Positions 37,775 through 45,916 of a stretch of DNA of 63,192 bases are shown piece by piece. The notes beneath the pieces were generated by a model. The model searched no databases. It had not been told where the DNA came from and worked only from the letters and a program-made list of their open reading frames with translations. This DNA comes from a virus (lineage: Duplodnaviria; Caudoviricetes): the IMG/VR virus record IMGVR_UViG_3300044960_000525, positions 1 to 63,192 of that record; one strand, written 5' to 3'. Made by a program: the position numbers and the translations under genes. Each line of letters starts with the position of its first letter. Within the stretch, counting starts at the first letter, position 1.

Positions 37775-38309
37775 GCGCGATTTTGTCTCTGAGTTTGGGC
37801 GGAGTATACGCCACGAGGGGGGGTTTTGGCACAAAATTAGCGATAGCCCAATTTTCAAGGGGATGAAGACGCGGTTCACGCGCAAGAAACCATTTGATGG
37901 CATCGCGGTGCTTCCAGGACTCGTGCTCTTTTGCGAGATGAAAATTGCTCGTCCATCAATTACGTTGATGAAGCACCAAGAACAGAGTTTGCGGCAGATT
38001 CAGCGTTTGCTCACGTGTGATGCTCTAGCGGCGATCATTATCTACGAAGGGAGAGGACGCGCATGGCTCGTGCCCATCGCACACTATCCAAGACATCATC
38101 GCACCCTTCATCGACGCACCCTCGCAACGCTCGGCGTGCCAATTCTCAAGCGACAAGGGTATTGGACGCTCCACGACCTCCGAAATACCTTGTCGCCATT
38201 CTTGGGGTCAGAATCTTCAAAAAGAGACTCCGAAAATCTATCCTTGCGCTCTCCAAAGAACTGGCCAAGGCGGAAGAAACGCAATATTTGCGCCATCTTG
38301 CCCCCCTGA
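37767..38309 (+). CDS. RecU-like Holliday junction resolvase
   Basis: ERDF...KKPFDG...CEMK...HQ PD-(D/E)XK pattern. Confidence 0.75.
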   Translation: MRERDFVSEFGRSIRHEGGFWHKISDSPIFKGMKTRFTRKKPFDGIAVLPGLVLFCEMKIARPSITLMKHQEQSLRQIQRLLTCDALAAIIIYEGRGRAWLVPIAHYPRHHRTLHRRTLATLGVPILKRQGYWTLHDLRNTLSPFLGSESSKRDSENLSLRSPKNWPRRKKRNICAILPP

Positions 38310-38440
38310 TTGTTCAAGGACTTGCGAAGGGGCCAACGTTTGCCAAAGTGACGTATGCGCGAGTCTATACGCCACATCGTCGATATCATGCGGAAGTTGG
38401 AAATCAAGAATAACACGACACGATACAGGAGAACTACGAC

Positions 38441-40957
38441 ATGGCGCGGATACCCTCGTTCTGTCATTTGCATGTTCACACTGAAATGAGTTTTGGCGAT
38501 GCAATTGGGTCGATTGCGCAATACGCCGAAGAAGCAGCGCGGCTCGATCAACCTGGATTTGCGGTTACTGACCACGGGCATCTTTTTGGTCTCGTGGATG
38601 CGGTGACGACGACCGGGGTCAAAGTCATTCCGGGATGCGAACTCTATGTCATTGATCCACAAGAAGAGAAGCGACACGGTACCAGTCACCTGACCGTCAT
38701 TGCGAAGTCTTCAAAGGGATTGCGTCAATTGTTGGCGCTATTATCACGGTCACAGACCGAGCATTATTACTATCACGGGAGAACGCCGCTTGATGAACTC
38801 TCGTCGCTCACGGAGTGCTTCATTTTTTCGGGATGTCGATTCGGATACTGCGCCAAACCCCTTCTTGAACGAGGTGATGCGCGCGAAAGTCGTCGGCGCC
38901 TTGACCACCTTCGTGCCATGTTTGGAGATCGGTTCTTCGCTGAACTCCAGGCCCATGATGATGCTGCGCAACTTACGTGGAATACATTTCTCCGCACGTA
39001 CGGCACACAACATATTCTGACGAATGACGTGCATTATCCGAAGCGAGACCACGTGCTCGCTCAACAAGTTGTTGTCGGAGGGCGCGCGTCACGTCGTGAG
39101 ACGACGGAATCACCGCCAACGCAATTGTGGCTCAAGAGTGCTCAACGGATGTATCGGGATATGCGACAGCAAGGATTTACGGACGCGGAAGTCGTGCGCT
39201 TCATGGAACGAACGGTTGACGTGGCCGAGGGATGTGTGGTGCGGCTCACCTCGAATGACTATCGCGTGCCATCGCCGGATAATGCCCTCCAGCGCATTGA
39301 ACACGTTATTCAACACTCAGCACTATTGCGAAAACGACGGTATCGAGAACGAGTGCGCGAAGAACTCGCCATTATTCGCGCGAAGGGATTTGCGGGGTTC
39401 TTTTGGCTCCTCCATGAAATTGTGACATGGGCGCGATCACGCGGGATGTATGTGTCCAATCGCGGGAGCGCGGTCTCCAGTCTTGTGCTCCATCTTCTTG
39501 GTGTCACCACCATTGATCCGCTGATGTATGACCTGCCCGTTTTTCGATTCATTTCTCTGACACGGGATGAGCCTCCCGACGTTGATATTGATGTCGAGCG
39601 GGCACGGCGCGATGAATTGATGACACACATTTTTTCAACCTATGGAGAAGAGCACGTTGCGCCGTTGGCCAATATCGGACGTTACAAACCGTACCTGTTG
39701 ATGAACGATATTGTTCGAGCCTGGGAAAAGGGGTATATCCCCGATTTTGGATCATGTACGCCGACAATGAAATCACTGCTCAGAGAGATTGCGGAGAACA
39801 AACGTGAATGGCCGAAAACGCCGCAGATGCGGAAAATTCGTGAGATATATGATTTGCTTGAGGACCGGGCGCGATACGTGAGCGTCCACGCAGGAGGTCT
39901 TGTGTTCTCCGCTCGTCCCATTTGGCACAGCACGCATCTTTATCGCATGAACAATCAGCACGTTGCGGCGATTGATAAATTCATGGCTGAAAAAATTGGG
40001 ATGATGAAACTTGACGTGTTGATTGTGGACACGCTCGATATTCTTCGTCAAGCGGTTGTCAAGCGCGAGCGAGATGCGCTCTTCAATCAGCCGCCGACGG
40101 ATCCGCAGGTGTATCGCTGGTTGCGACACCATCCGTATGATTTGGCCGGAATCTTTCAACTGTCTGATAAAGGACGAGATGCTGTTCAACAGATTCAACC
40201 ACGCACATTCAACGATCTCATGGTGGCGACTACGGTGATTCGCCCAGGAAGTTCGGGGCTCCAAGAATACATACAGGGTGGTGTGACTGTTCCAGAACGT
40301 TTCAAGAAATACCTTGTACGAACGCGAGGCGTCGTGTTGTACCAGGAGCAAATTATGCAACTCGTTATGGATGTTGGGTTTACGCCGCACGAAGCGGATT
40401 ACCTGATGAAATTGAACAAGAAACGGGAGAATCAAAAAACGTATCGAAGCGATTATGCGAGACTGCGCCGCAAATGGATCGCGGGATGTGTGCGCCATCA
40501 CATTCCCGTGAATGATGCGGCGCGTTTGTGGGGCTATTTGACTGAATACGGATTCAATCTCGGTCATGCGTGTGGGTATGCGTATTTGACCTATCTGACA
40601 GCGTGGGCGAAGTCGAGATACTATCTTCGCTTCATGTGTGCGCTGCTCAATTATGAAAAAAATGAAGCGAAAGAGCGACAAATTGTGCGCGAACTTCTTC
40701 GTTCAGGCGTTCGGTTGCTTCCTCCGCATGTGAACGAGAGCAAAGTGCAGCATTGCGTGGTGCCGGGAGCAAAAGCCATTCGTATTGGGCTTGGGTCCAT
40801 CAAATTCGTCGGTCACGCAGCGGAGCAGATTGTCAAACACGCTCCGTTTACCAAAAAGACATGGGAGCAATTTCAGCAACGCCATACACGACTCATCAAT
40901 AAGCGCGTTGTTGATGCGCTGATGGCGGCTAACGCCTTGGAAAATATTCTCCCATAG
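38441..40957 (+). CDS. dnaE: DNA polymerase III alpha-like (PHP + polymerase, C-terminally short)
   Basis: HLHVHT, TDHG, TNDVHY, RGSA, PDVDID, KLDVL, YQEQIM and FNLGH motifs. Confidence 0.95.
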   Translation: MARIPSFCHLHVHTEMSFGDAIGSIAQYAEEAARLDQPGFAVTDHGHLFGLVDAVTTTGVKVIPGCELYVIDPQEEKRHGTSHLTVIAKSSKGLRQLLALLSRSQTEHYYYHGRTPLDELSSLTECFIFSGCRFGYCAKPLLERGDARESRRRLDHLRAMFGDRFFAELQAHDDAAQLTWNTFLRTYGTQHILTNDVHYPKRDHVLAQQVVVGGRASRRETTESPPTQLWLKSAQRMYRDMRQQGFTDAEVVRFMERTVDVAEGCVVRLTSNDYRVPSPDNALQRIEHVIQHSALLRKRRYRERVREELAIIRAKGFAGFFWLLHEIVTWARSRGMYVSNRGSAVSSLVLHLLGVTTIDPLMYDLPVFRFISLTRDEPPDVDIDVERARRDELMTHIFSTYGEEHVAPLANIGRYKPYLLMNDIVRAWEKGYIPDFGSCTPTMKSLLREIAENKREWPKTPQMRKIREIYDLLEDRARYVSVHAGGLVFSARPIWHSTHLYRMNNQHVAAIDKFMAEKIGMMKLDVLIVDTLDILRQAVVKRERDALFNQPPTDPQVYRWLRHHPYDLAGIFQLSDKGRDAVQQIQPRTFNDLMVATTVIRPGSSGLQEYIQGGVTVPERFKKYLVRTRGVVLYQEQIMQLVMDVGFTPHEADYLMKLNKKRENQKTYRSDYARLRRKWIAGCVRHHIPVNDAARLWGYLTEYGFNLGHACGYAYLTYLTAWAKSRYYLRFMCALLNYEKNEAKERQIVRELLRSGVRLLPPHVNESKVQHCVVPGAKAIRIGLGSIKFVGHAAEQIVKHAPFTKKTWEQFQQRHTRLINKRVVDALMAANALENILP

Positions 40958-40967
40958 GAGATTGACG

Positions 40968-41777
40968 ATGCATGAGACAGCGAAACGACTCTTGAAAGAC
41001 CTGCAATCCCAATTCGGGAAAGACGTGATTATGACCGGCGCAGATTTGAATGTTGGGAAAAAATTGCGGTTCTGGAGAATCAAGACGCTGAACCATCTCC
41101 TTGGAGGGGGTGTGCCACGCTCAAAACTCACCGAGATTTTTGGTCCCGAAGATAGCGGGAAAACAACGCTGGCCTATCGTCTTCTTGCTCAGGTTCAGCG
41201 AGAAGATGGTGTTCCCGCCTATATTGATGCTGAAGGACAATGGGACCATGACTGGGCCCAACAACAAGGTGTTGACCCCGCAAATATGATTTTGGTTCGT
41301 CCTGTGTCTGCGGAAGCCATGTTGGAGGCGGTTGTGCAGTTAGTGAAACAACATGTGCCGCTGGTGATTTTCGACAGTATTGCGGCCCAAGAATCCCTCA
41401 AGGTCCACGAAGGGGATATGGATGTCGGCGCGATGGCGGACATTCCACGACTGTTGAACCGCTGTGTCCGAAAATGCTTGGTCTTGTTTCGGACGAGTCC
41501 AACGTCGCTGGTGTTCCTCAATCAGGTTCGGGAACGGGTTGTTCGAGGACGCCCGCTCTATGGGGATTTTCTGACGACAACCGGGGGACGAGGGATTCGT
41601 CACTTTGCTCATCTGCGACTTGAGGTCGTTCGCACGCGCTACTTGACAGCACGGAGAAAGAAAGACACGATTCGCGTAGGCCAGGTGGTCGCGGTACGAG
41701 TGCAAAAATCAAAGGTGAGCAAGCCAGGAGGGCATTGTGAATTGATTTTGAGATATGGGGAGGGATTTGTGACATGA
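40968..41777 (+). CDS. recA: RecA-like recombinase
   Basis: GGGVPR, EIFGPEDSGKTT, YIDAE, DSIAA and NQVR motifs. Confidence 0.92.
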   Translation: MHETAKRLLKDLQSQFGKDVIMTGADLNVGKKLRFWRIKTLNHLLGGGVPRSKLTEIFGPEDSGKTTLAYRLLAQVQREDGVPAYIDAEGQWDHDWAQQQGVDPANMILVRPVSAEAMLEAVVQLVKQHVPLVIFDSIAAQESLKVHEGDMDVGAMADIPRLLNRCVRKCLVLFRTSPTSLVFLNQVRERVVRGRPLYGDFLTTTGGRGIRHFAHLRLEVVRTRYLTARRKKDTIRVGQVVAVRVQKSKVSKPGGHCELILRYGEGFVT

Positions 41778-41971
41778 AGCACATTACCCTCACGGTCAGT
41801 GTCAAGGAGTCCGATGAAAAGAGCATAGAAGAGATGTTTATGGCGATAGCGACATCCTTGATGAAAGAGTGTGCGACACGACTGACGATCAAGACGCTTG
41901 ATAATGAACAGGAGGGATGGATTATTACAACACCCATTGATACTCTCACGTCAGGTCCGACGCACGAATAG
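41774..41971 (+). CDS. Hypothetical protein
   Basis: ATGA overlap. Confidence 0.55.
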   Translation: MKHITLTVSVKESDEKSIEEMFMAIATSLMKECATRLTIKTLDNEQEGWIITTPIDTLTSGPTHE

Positions 41972-41994
41972 AACGGCGAAAACGTTGGTGGAGG

Positions 41995-42684
41995 ATGCTT
42001 GTGGGCACGCTCGGGACCTTTCTCAAGGCTGAAGGACCGCTGTTGCACTATGAGATGGCGCTTCATCAATCGCTGCGAAAAGACTATGCACGCGATGAAG
42101 CCGCGCGGCGACACGAACTTCATGCGTCGTTGCTCGACGGAGATCACTATTGTTTACGTCGAACGGTTCTCGCCGCGGCAGGACAATTGCGATCATTCCA
42201 TGGATTGCACGTGTTGCTCCGATTCGAGGATGGTCATTGGCGGCACAAGAAATGGCAGCATCGGCTCCTTCAGGCGAAATTGACTGCGCCGCTCCTAATT
42301 GAACAGCGCAGAACCTTGTCGGTGCGAACGCTGTGTACGACCGATAGTGTGATCTATATTGCCCGCGTCCCATATATTTGGGAGTGCAAGGGGATGCGTG
42401 ACGATCTGTTTCGCAAAGTGGTGAAGGAGAACAAGCCACCTGCGCAATTCATTCGACGGATGCACTTGTATTTTGCTGCGCAGAAAATACCTCGCGGGAT
42501 TTTGCATATTGATGCTAAAGGGAGTAACGAGTTCAAGGCGTTTCTTGTCCATGAAGACCCAGCATTATCCACGATGATGCTCCAGCGCGTGCAAGCGGCT
42601 GAGAAGGCGTATGGTCGCTATCTCAAACACAAACAATTGCCGCCAAGGTGTGCGTATGAAACCTGCGACGTATGCCGACGTTGA
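41995..42684 (+). CDS. Cas4-like PD-(D/E)XK exonuclease
   Basis: HAS...C.RR, D...WECK and C-terminal CxxxxCxxC; no CRISPR nearby. Confidence 0.7.
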   Translation: MLVGTLGTFLKAEGPLLHYEMALHQSLRKDYARDEAARRHELHASLLDGDHYCLRRTVLAAAGQLRSFHGLHVLLRFEDGHWRHKKWQHRLLQAKLTAPLLIEQRRTLSVRTLCTTDSVIYIARVPYIWECKGMRDDLFRKVVKENKPPAQFIRRMHLYFAAQKIPRGILHIDAKGSNEFKAFLVHEDPALSTMMLQRVQAAEKAYGRYLKHKQLPPRCAYETCDVCRR

Positions 42685-42928
42685 AAGGAGGCTCCGACAA
42701 TGGGGGTATCGAATCGTCAGGATGAGCACGACCATCACGCTCGCGGTACACGCGAAGACGTTCGTGATCGTCAGCCTAAAGAAGACGTATTTACAACCCT
42801 TTCTCCAGACGCTCTCGGAATTTCCTGGCAAGGTCTATCTCATCACACAGGAGGGTCGCACGTGGACCGTATACACGCTCGTGGAGAACACACTACGTCC
42901 GGGAACATGGAGCGAAATGAGGAATTGA
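42656..42928 (+). CDS. Hypothetical protein
   Basis: Overlapping ORF with AAGGTG RBS. Confidence 0.5.
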   Translation: MKPATYADVERRLRQWGYRIVRMSTTITLAVHAKTFVIVSLKKTYLQPFLQTLSEFPGKVYLITQEGRTWTVYTLVENTLRPGTWSEMRN

Positions 42929-43227
42929 TTCGCACGCTCCGCCATGTTCAGGTTGGCATCAATAAAGCCCTTCGGATGCTCACGGGAATTCGGAAGGGGG
43001 AATTTACCATCGGCGAAGAGTTGCAGGGTATTGTGAAGTGGTTCAGCACCGAGCGAGGATATGGGTTCCTGGAAATCAAAAACCGTGGGGATTTGTTCGT
43101 GCATTACACCGAAATTGTTGGGGAAGGGTATCGGGTGCTCCATGAGGGCGAACTCGTCTCATGCACCGTGAAGCAGGGGCAAAAAGGATTCGAGGCAAGC
43201 GGTGTGCGTGTGCTTCAGGAGACATAA
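42907..43227 (+). CDS. Cold-shock domain protein with N-terminal extension
   Basis: GIVKWF...GYGFL...DLFVHY RNP1/RNP2 motifs. Confidence 0.9.
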   Translation: MERNEELIRTLRHVQVGINKALRMLTGIRKGEFTIGEELQGIVKWFSTERGYGFLEIKNRGDLFVHYTEIVGEGYRVLHEGELVSCTVKQGQKGFEASGVRVLQET

Positions 43228-43229
43228 AT

Positions 43230-43403
43230 ATGGCTATAGATTTTCACGTTGTCTTCGTTGATGAAGAGGGACAATTATGGGGTATTGATGTGTGTGCGGA
43301 GTCATGGGAAGACGCTCTCCAGCAAGCATTACATCGTCGTGCGCACGATCCTCTCGGATCGGCGTTATCGTCGGTTGTAACTATCGAGATTGACCATGAG
43401 TGA
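43230..43403 (+). CDS. Hypothetical protein
   Basis: AGGAG RBS. Confidence 0.5.
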   Translation: MAIDFHVVFVDEEGQLWGIDVCAESWEDALQQALHRRAHDPLGSALSSVVTIEIDHE

Positions 43404-43806
43404 GGCGAGACGATCCGAACGCAAAGGCGCACGATTGACACATTCTCGTCTTCATCGTGCGTCGGGGAGTTTGTGGATGCCGGGCGAGAAAGCAGACTAC
43501 GATAATGATGATTATGTGACCGAACACAAGCACACACGATACCGAACGTGGTATTTATCCCCCACCGTATGGAATCGTGTGGTGGAACAGGCCAATGCTG
43601 TACACAAACGTCCCCGGATTCTTGTGTGTTTTCGTCCGGTGGCCGGAATCGAATATTGGTGGGAAATTGTTGCATCGGAGGTCCCTCCACAACGCATCAC
43701 CAAGGGGTTTTTGGTCCATGCAGAGGACAATTCCAGGGACCGGAGGGGAGTTTGCGTTCGAAAGTTTTCCCCTCTTGACAAACGGGACCGACGGGGACTA
43801 CAATAA
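43396..43806 (+). CDS. Putative PD-(D/E)XK nuclease/resolvase
   Basis: SERK.A...ASGS...KAD...EHKHT pattern. Confidence 0.6.
   Translation: MSEARRSERKGARLTHSRLHRASGSLWMPGEKADYDNDDYVTEHKHTRYRTWYLSPTVWNRVVEQANAVHKRPRILVCFRPVAGIEYWWEIVASEVPPQRITKGFLVHAEDNSRDRRGVCVRKFSPLDKRDRRGLQ
43775..43804 (+). promoter_or_regulatory. Sigma70-type promoter
   Basis: TTGACA-N18-TACAAT. Confidence 0.75.
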
Positions 43807-43807
43807 A

Positions 43808-44082
43808 GGGGTCCCTGGGAGTACGGGAACGCGCATATCGCACTCCACGCGATCACTGTGGTCTGCCCTTCTTGGGGATGCACACATAATTCCATTGAAC
43901 CTGTCACCGACCCGATAGCCGAGCAGTGTGTGCCCAACGAGAGGCCGTGCAGTGTGCTGTGGAAACATTGGGGCTTCGGGTCTCCTCTCAAAATCCCGTA
44001 GAGGAGCAGGTTCAGTCCACAGTGCGCTGCACATTTTTCGGCCACGAAAGGGGTGAGAGACCGAATACTCCTGAAACGCCCT
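43808..44082 (+). ncRNA. Candidate structured pseudoknotted RNA 1 (unassigned family)
   Basis: 5'/3' closing stem, 17-bp stem with G-U pairs and loop-loop pairing; starts right after the promoter. Confidence 0.6.
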
Positions 44083-44121
44083 CATGTCTTATCCCAACAA
44101 TAATTGTCTAGGAGGATCGGT

Positions 44122-44730
44122 GTGCCAAAGGACAAACAGGAAATTCCTGACCTGTGGGAATTGCTCGAAGAGATTCAGAAAAACGAGCACGCGGCTAATC
44201 TGAAAATTGCGGAGAAGTGGCCGACGCTGTATTACGCGATCTCCGCGATGAACGCTCAGGAAATTGATGAATGGCTTCAAACAGCAGCACAGACAAAGGG
44301 CGTGAAGGTCAAGAAAGACGTGAGTGTTGCTGAGAGTGATGACGACGAGGAGGACGACGAAGAGGGCGACGACGACGAAGACGAAGACGAAGACGAAGAC
44401 GACGACGACGACGAAGACGAAGACGAAGACGAAGACGAAGACGAAGACGAAGACGAAGACGAAGACGAAGACGAAGACGAAGACGAAGACGAAGACGACG
44501 ACGAAGACGACGACGAGGAGGAGGACGAGGAGTTGGCGCGTAAACCCCTTCACAAGGACGACGAAGAGGACGAAGACGAGGAGGAGGAAGACGAGGAGGA
44601 CGAGGAGGAGACACCCAAGAAGCGGGCTTCTGCAGCAACGAAGCGGCAGGTTGCTGTGACAAAGAAGCGTCGTGGACCGGGGCGTCCGAGGGGAGTGAAG
44701 GACCGTAAGCCACGGAAGAAGCGACGCTAA
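44122..44730 (+). CDS. Polyacidic protein with basic AT-hook-like C-terminus
   Basis: AGGAGG RBS before GTG; ~65-residue Asp/Glu tract; C-terminal RRGPGRPRGVKDRKPRKKRR. Confidence 0.85.
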   Translation: MPKDKQEIPDLWELLEEIQKNEHAANLKIAEKWPTLYYAISAMNAQEIDEWLQTAAQTKGVKVKKDVSVAESDDDEEDDEEGDDDEDEDEDEDDDDDEDEDEDEDEDEDEDEDEDEDEDEDEDEDDDEDDDEEEDEELARKPLHKDDEEDEDEEEEDEEDEEETPKKRASAATKRQVAVTKKRRGPGRPRGVKDRKPRKKRR

Positions 44731-44744
44731 CCGAGCACGGATGC

Positions 44745-44785
44745 GGGGATAAGGGGGTGGAAGAGCACCGCCCCCTTATCTCTTT
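44745..44785 (+). terminator. Terminator-like hairpin
   Basis: GATAAGGGGGTGG-loop-CCGCCCCCTTATC-TCTTT. Confidence 0.7.
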
Positions 44786-44802
44786 CCTCACAAGGAGTGG
44801 CG

Positions 44803-44943
44803 ATGGGACAACATATCAAAATATACTGCGGATGTCAGTTCGTTACATCGGAGATTGATGAAGCGCAAGCGCACGCGAATCAAACAGGACACACGCTCAT
44901 TGTTCAGGGCACCATTACTTCAAATATCACGAGGGATCGCTAA
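44803..44943 (+). CDS. 46-aa C2H2-like zinc-finger peptide (not in track)
   Basis: AAGGAG RBS; MGQHIKIYCGCQFVTSEIDEAQAHANQTGH... Confidence 0.6.
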   Translation: MGQHIKIYCGCQFVTSEIDEAQAHANQTGHTLIVQGTITSNITRDR

Positions 44944-44945
44944 CC

Positions 44946-45899
44946 ATGAAACTCCCGCCGATTGTCGGAAAATCATCAAAGCGGCTCTACGCGCATCTCA
45001 AACACATGCTCCGTACTTCTCGCACGCCGATTGCGTTGGTTGGTCCGACGGGATCGGGCAAGACGCTCATTGGGCTGCATCTCCTCTCCTGGTACGAGCG
45101 TACATTCCGCGTTCCGTCGTACTACTTGCAAATGTCGCCGGATACGAACCGCACGGTGCTCGTCGGAGGGTTTCGTCTCATCGAGGGGTCTCTGACACCC
45201 GTGAAAGGAGTGATTATGCGGGCACAGGACGAAGGAGGAATTGTGTTCCTCGATGAGTTTACGCACGCGGAGACGGACGATCAGGCGTCGGTTAACAGCG
45301 CGTTCAACAGCGACCGTGTGAAGATCGTCTCAATTGGTGAATTGGTGAGCGAAGCCCAGTCGAGTACGCGCTATATGATTGCGCACAACCCCATCACGTA
45401 TGCGGGAAATCATCCTATGCCGATTTCGCTCCGACGGCGATTGTATTCGGTCTGGGTGGATTTTCCCCCAGTGCAAGAAGAAAGTCGAATAGCGCGCGCA
45501 ATCGTCCAGCGAGAGACGAACAAGAAACCGCTTCGGGCCCTCGTGCAGTATCTGGTCCAAATTGCGCGAGAAATCCGCAACGAAGACGCGCCTCTGTGCG
45601 CAGCGAACGTCGCTAATGCGATAATGGCGCTCTCCACCCTCAAGAAGGGTGAAACGACGGAGTTGCTCCCAGAACAGACGCTCACGGAGGCGGTCTATCG
45701 GAATCTCTACACCAAGATTCATGGCACAGCCCCGACTTCGACAGAAGCCCTCGACGATAAATCCGTTATCGCACTTCACACGCTGATTGCTCGCGTCGGC
45801 GGAGAACAATTCAGAGACATTGTGTTTCGCGCGTTCATGGGACCCTATCTCACGGAGAAAACTCGCGCGACGCTCGTGGCGTTGCTCCCGCAGTTCTAG
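44946..45899 (+). CDS. MoxR-family AAA+ ATPase
   Basis: GPTGSGKT, VFLDE, AHNP..YAG and LRRR motifs. Confidence 0.9.
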   Translation: MKLPPIVGKSSKRLYAHLKHMLRTSRTPIALVGPTGSGKTLIGLHLLSWYERTFRVPSYYLQMSPDTNRTVLVGGFRLIEGSLTPVKGVIMRAQDEGGIVFLDEFTHAETDDQASVNSAFNSDRVKIVSIGELVSEAQSSTRYMIAHNPITYAGNHPMPISLRRRLYSVWVDFPPVQEESRIARAIVQRETNKKPLRALVQYLVQIAREIRNEDAPLCAANVANAIMALSTLKKGETTELLPEQTLTEAVYRNLYTKIHGTAPTSTEALDDKSVIALHTLIARVGGEQFRDIVFRAFMGPYLTEKTRATLVALLPQF

Positions 45900-45916
45900 G
45901 AGAGGAGTGGTTCCCA

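Noticed and set aside
44089-44791. Poly-VF, poly-RL and poly-TK ORFs in other frames
   Set aside because: Shadows of the (GACGAA)n tract; only the acidic frame has an RBS and sensible flanking domains.
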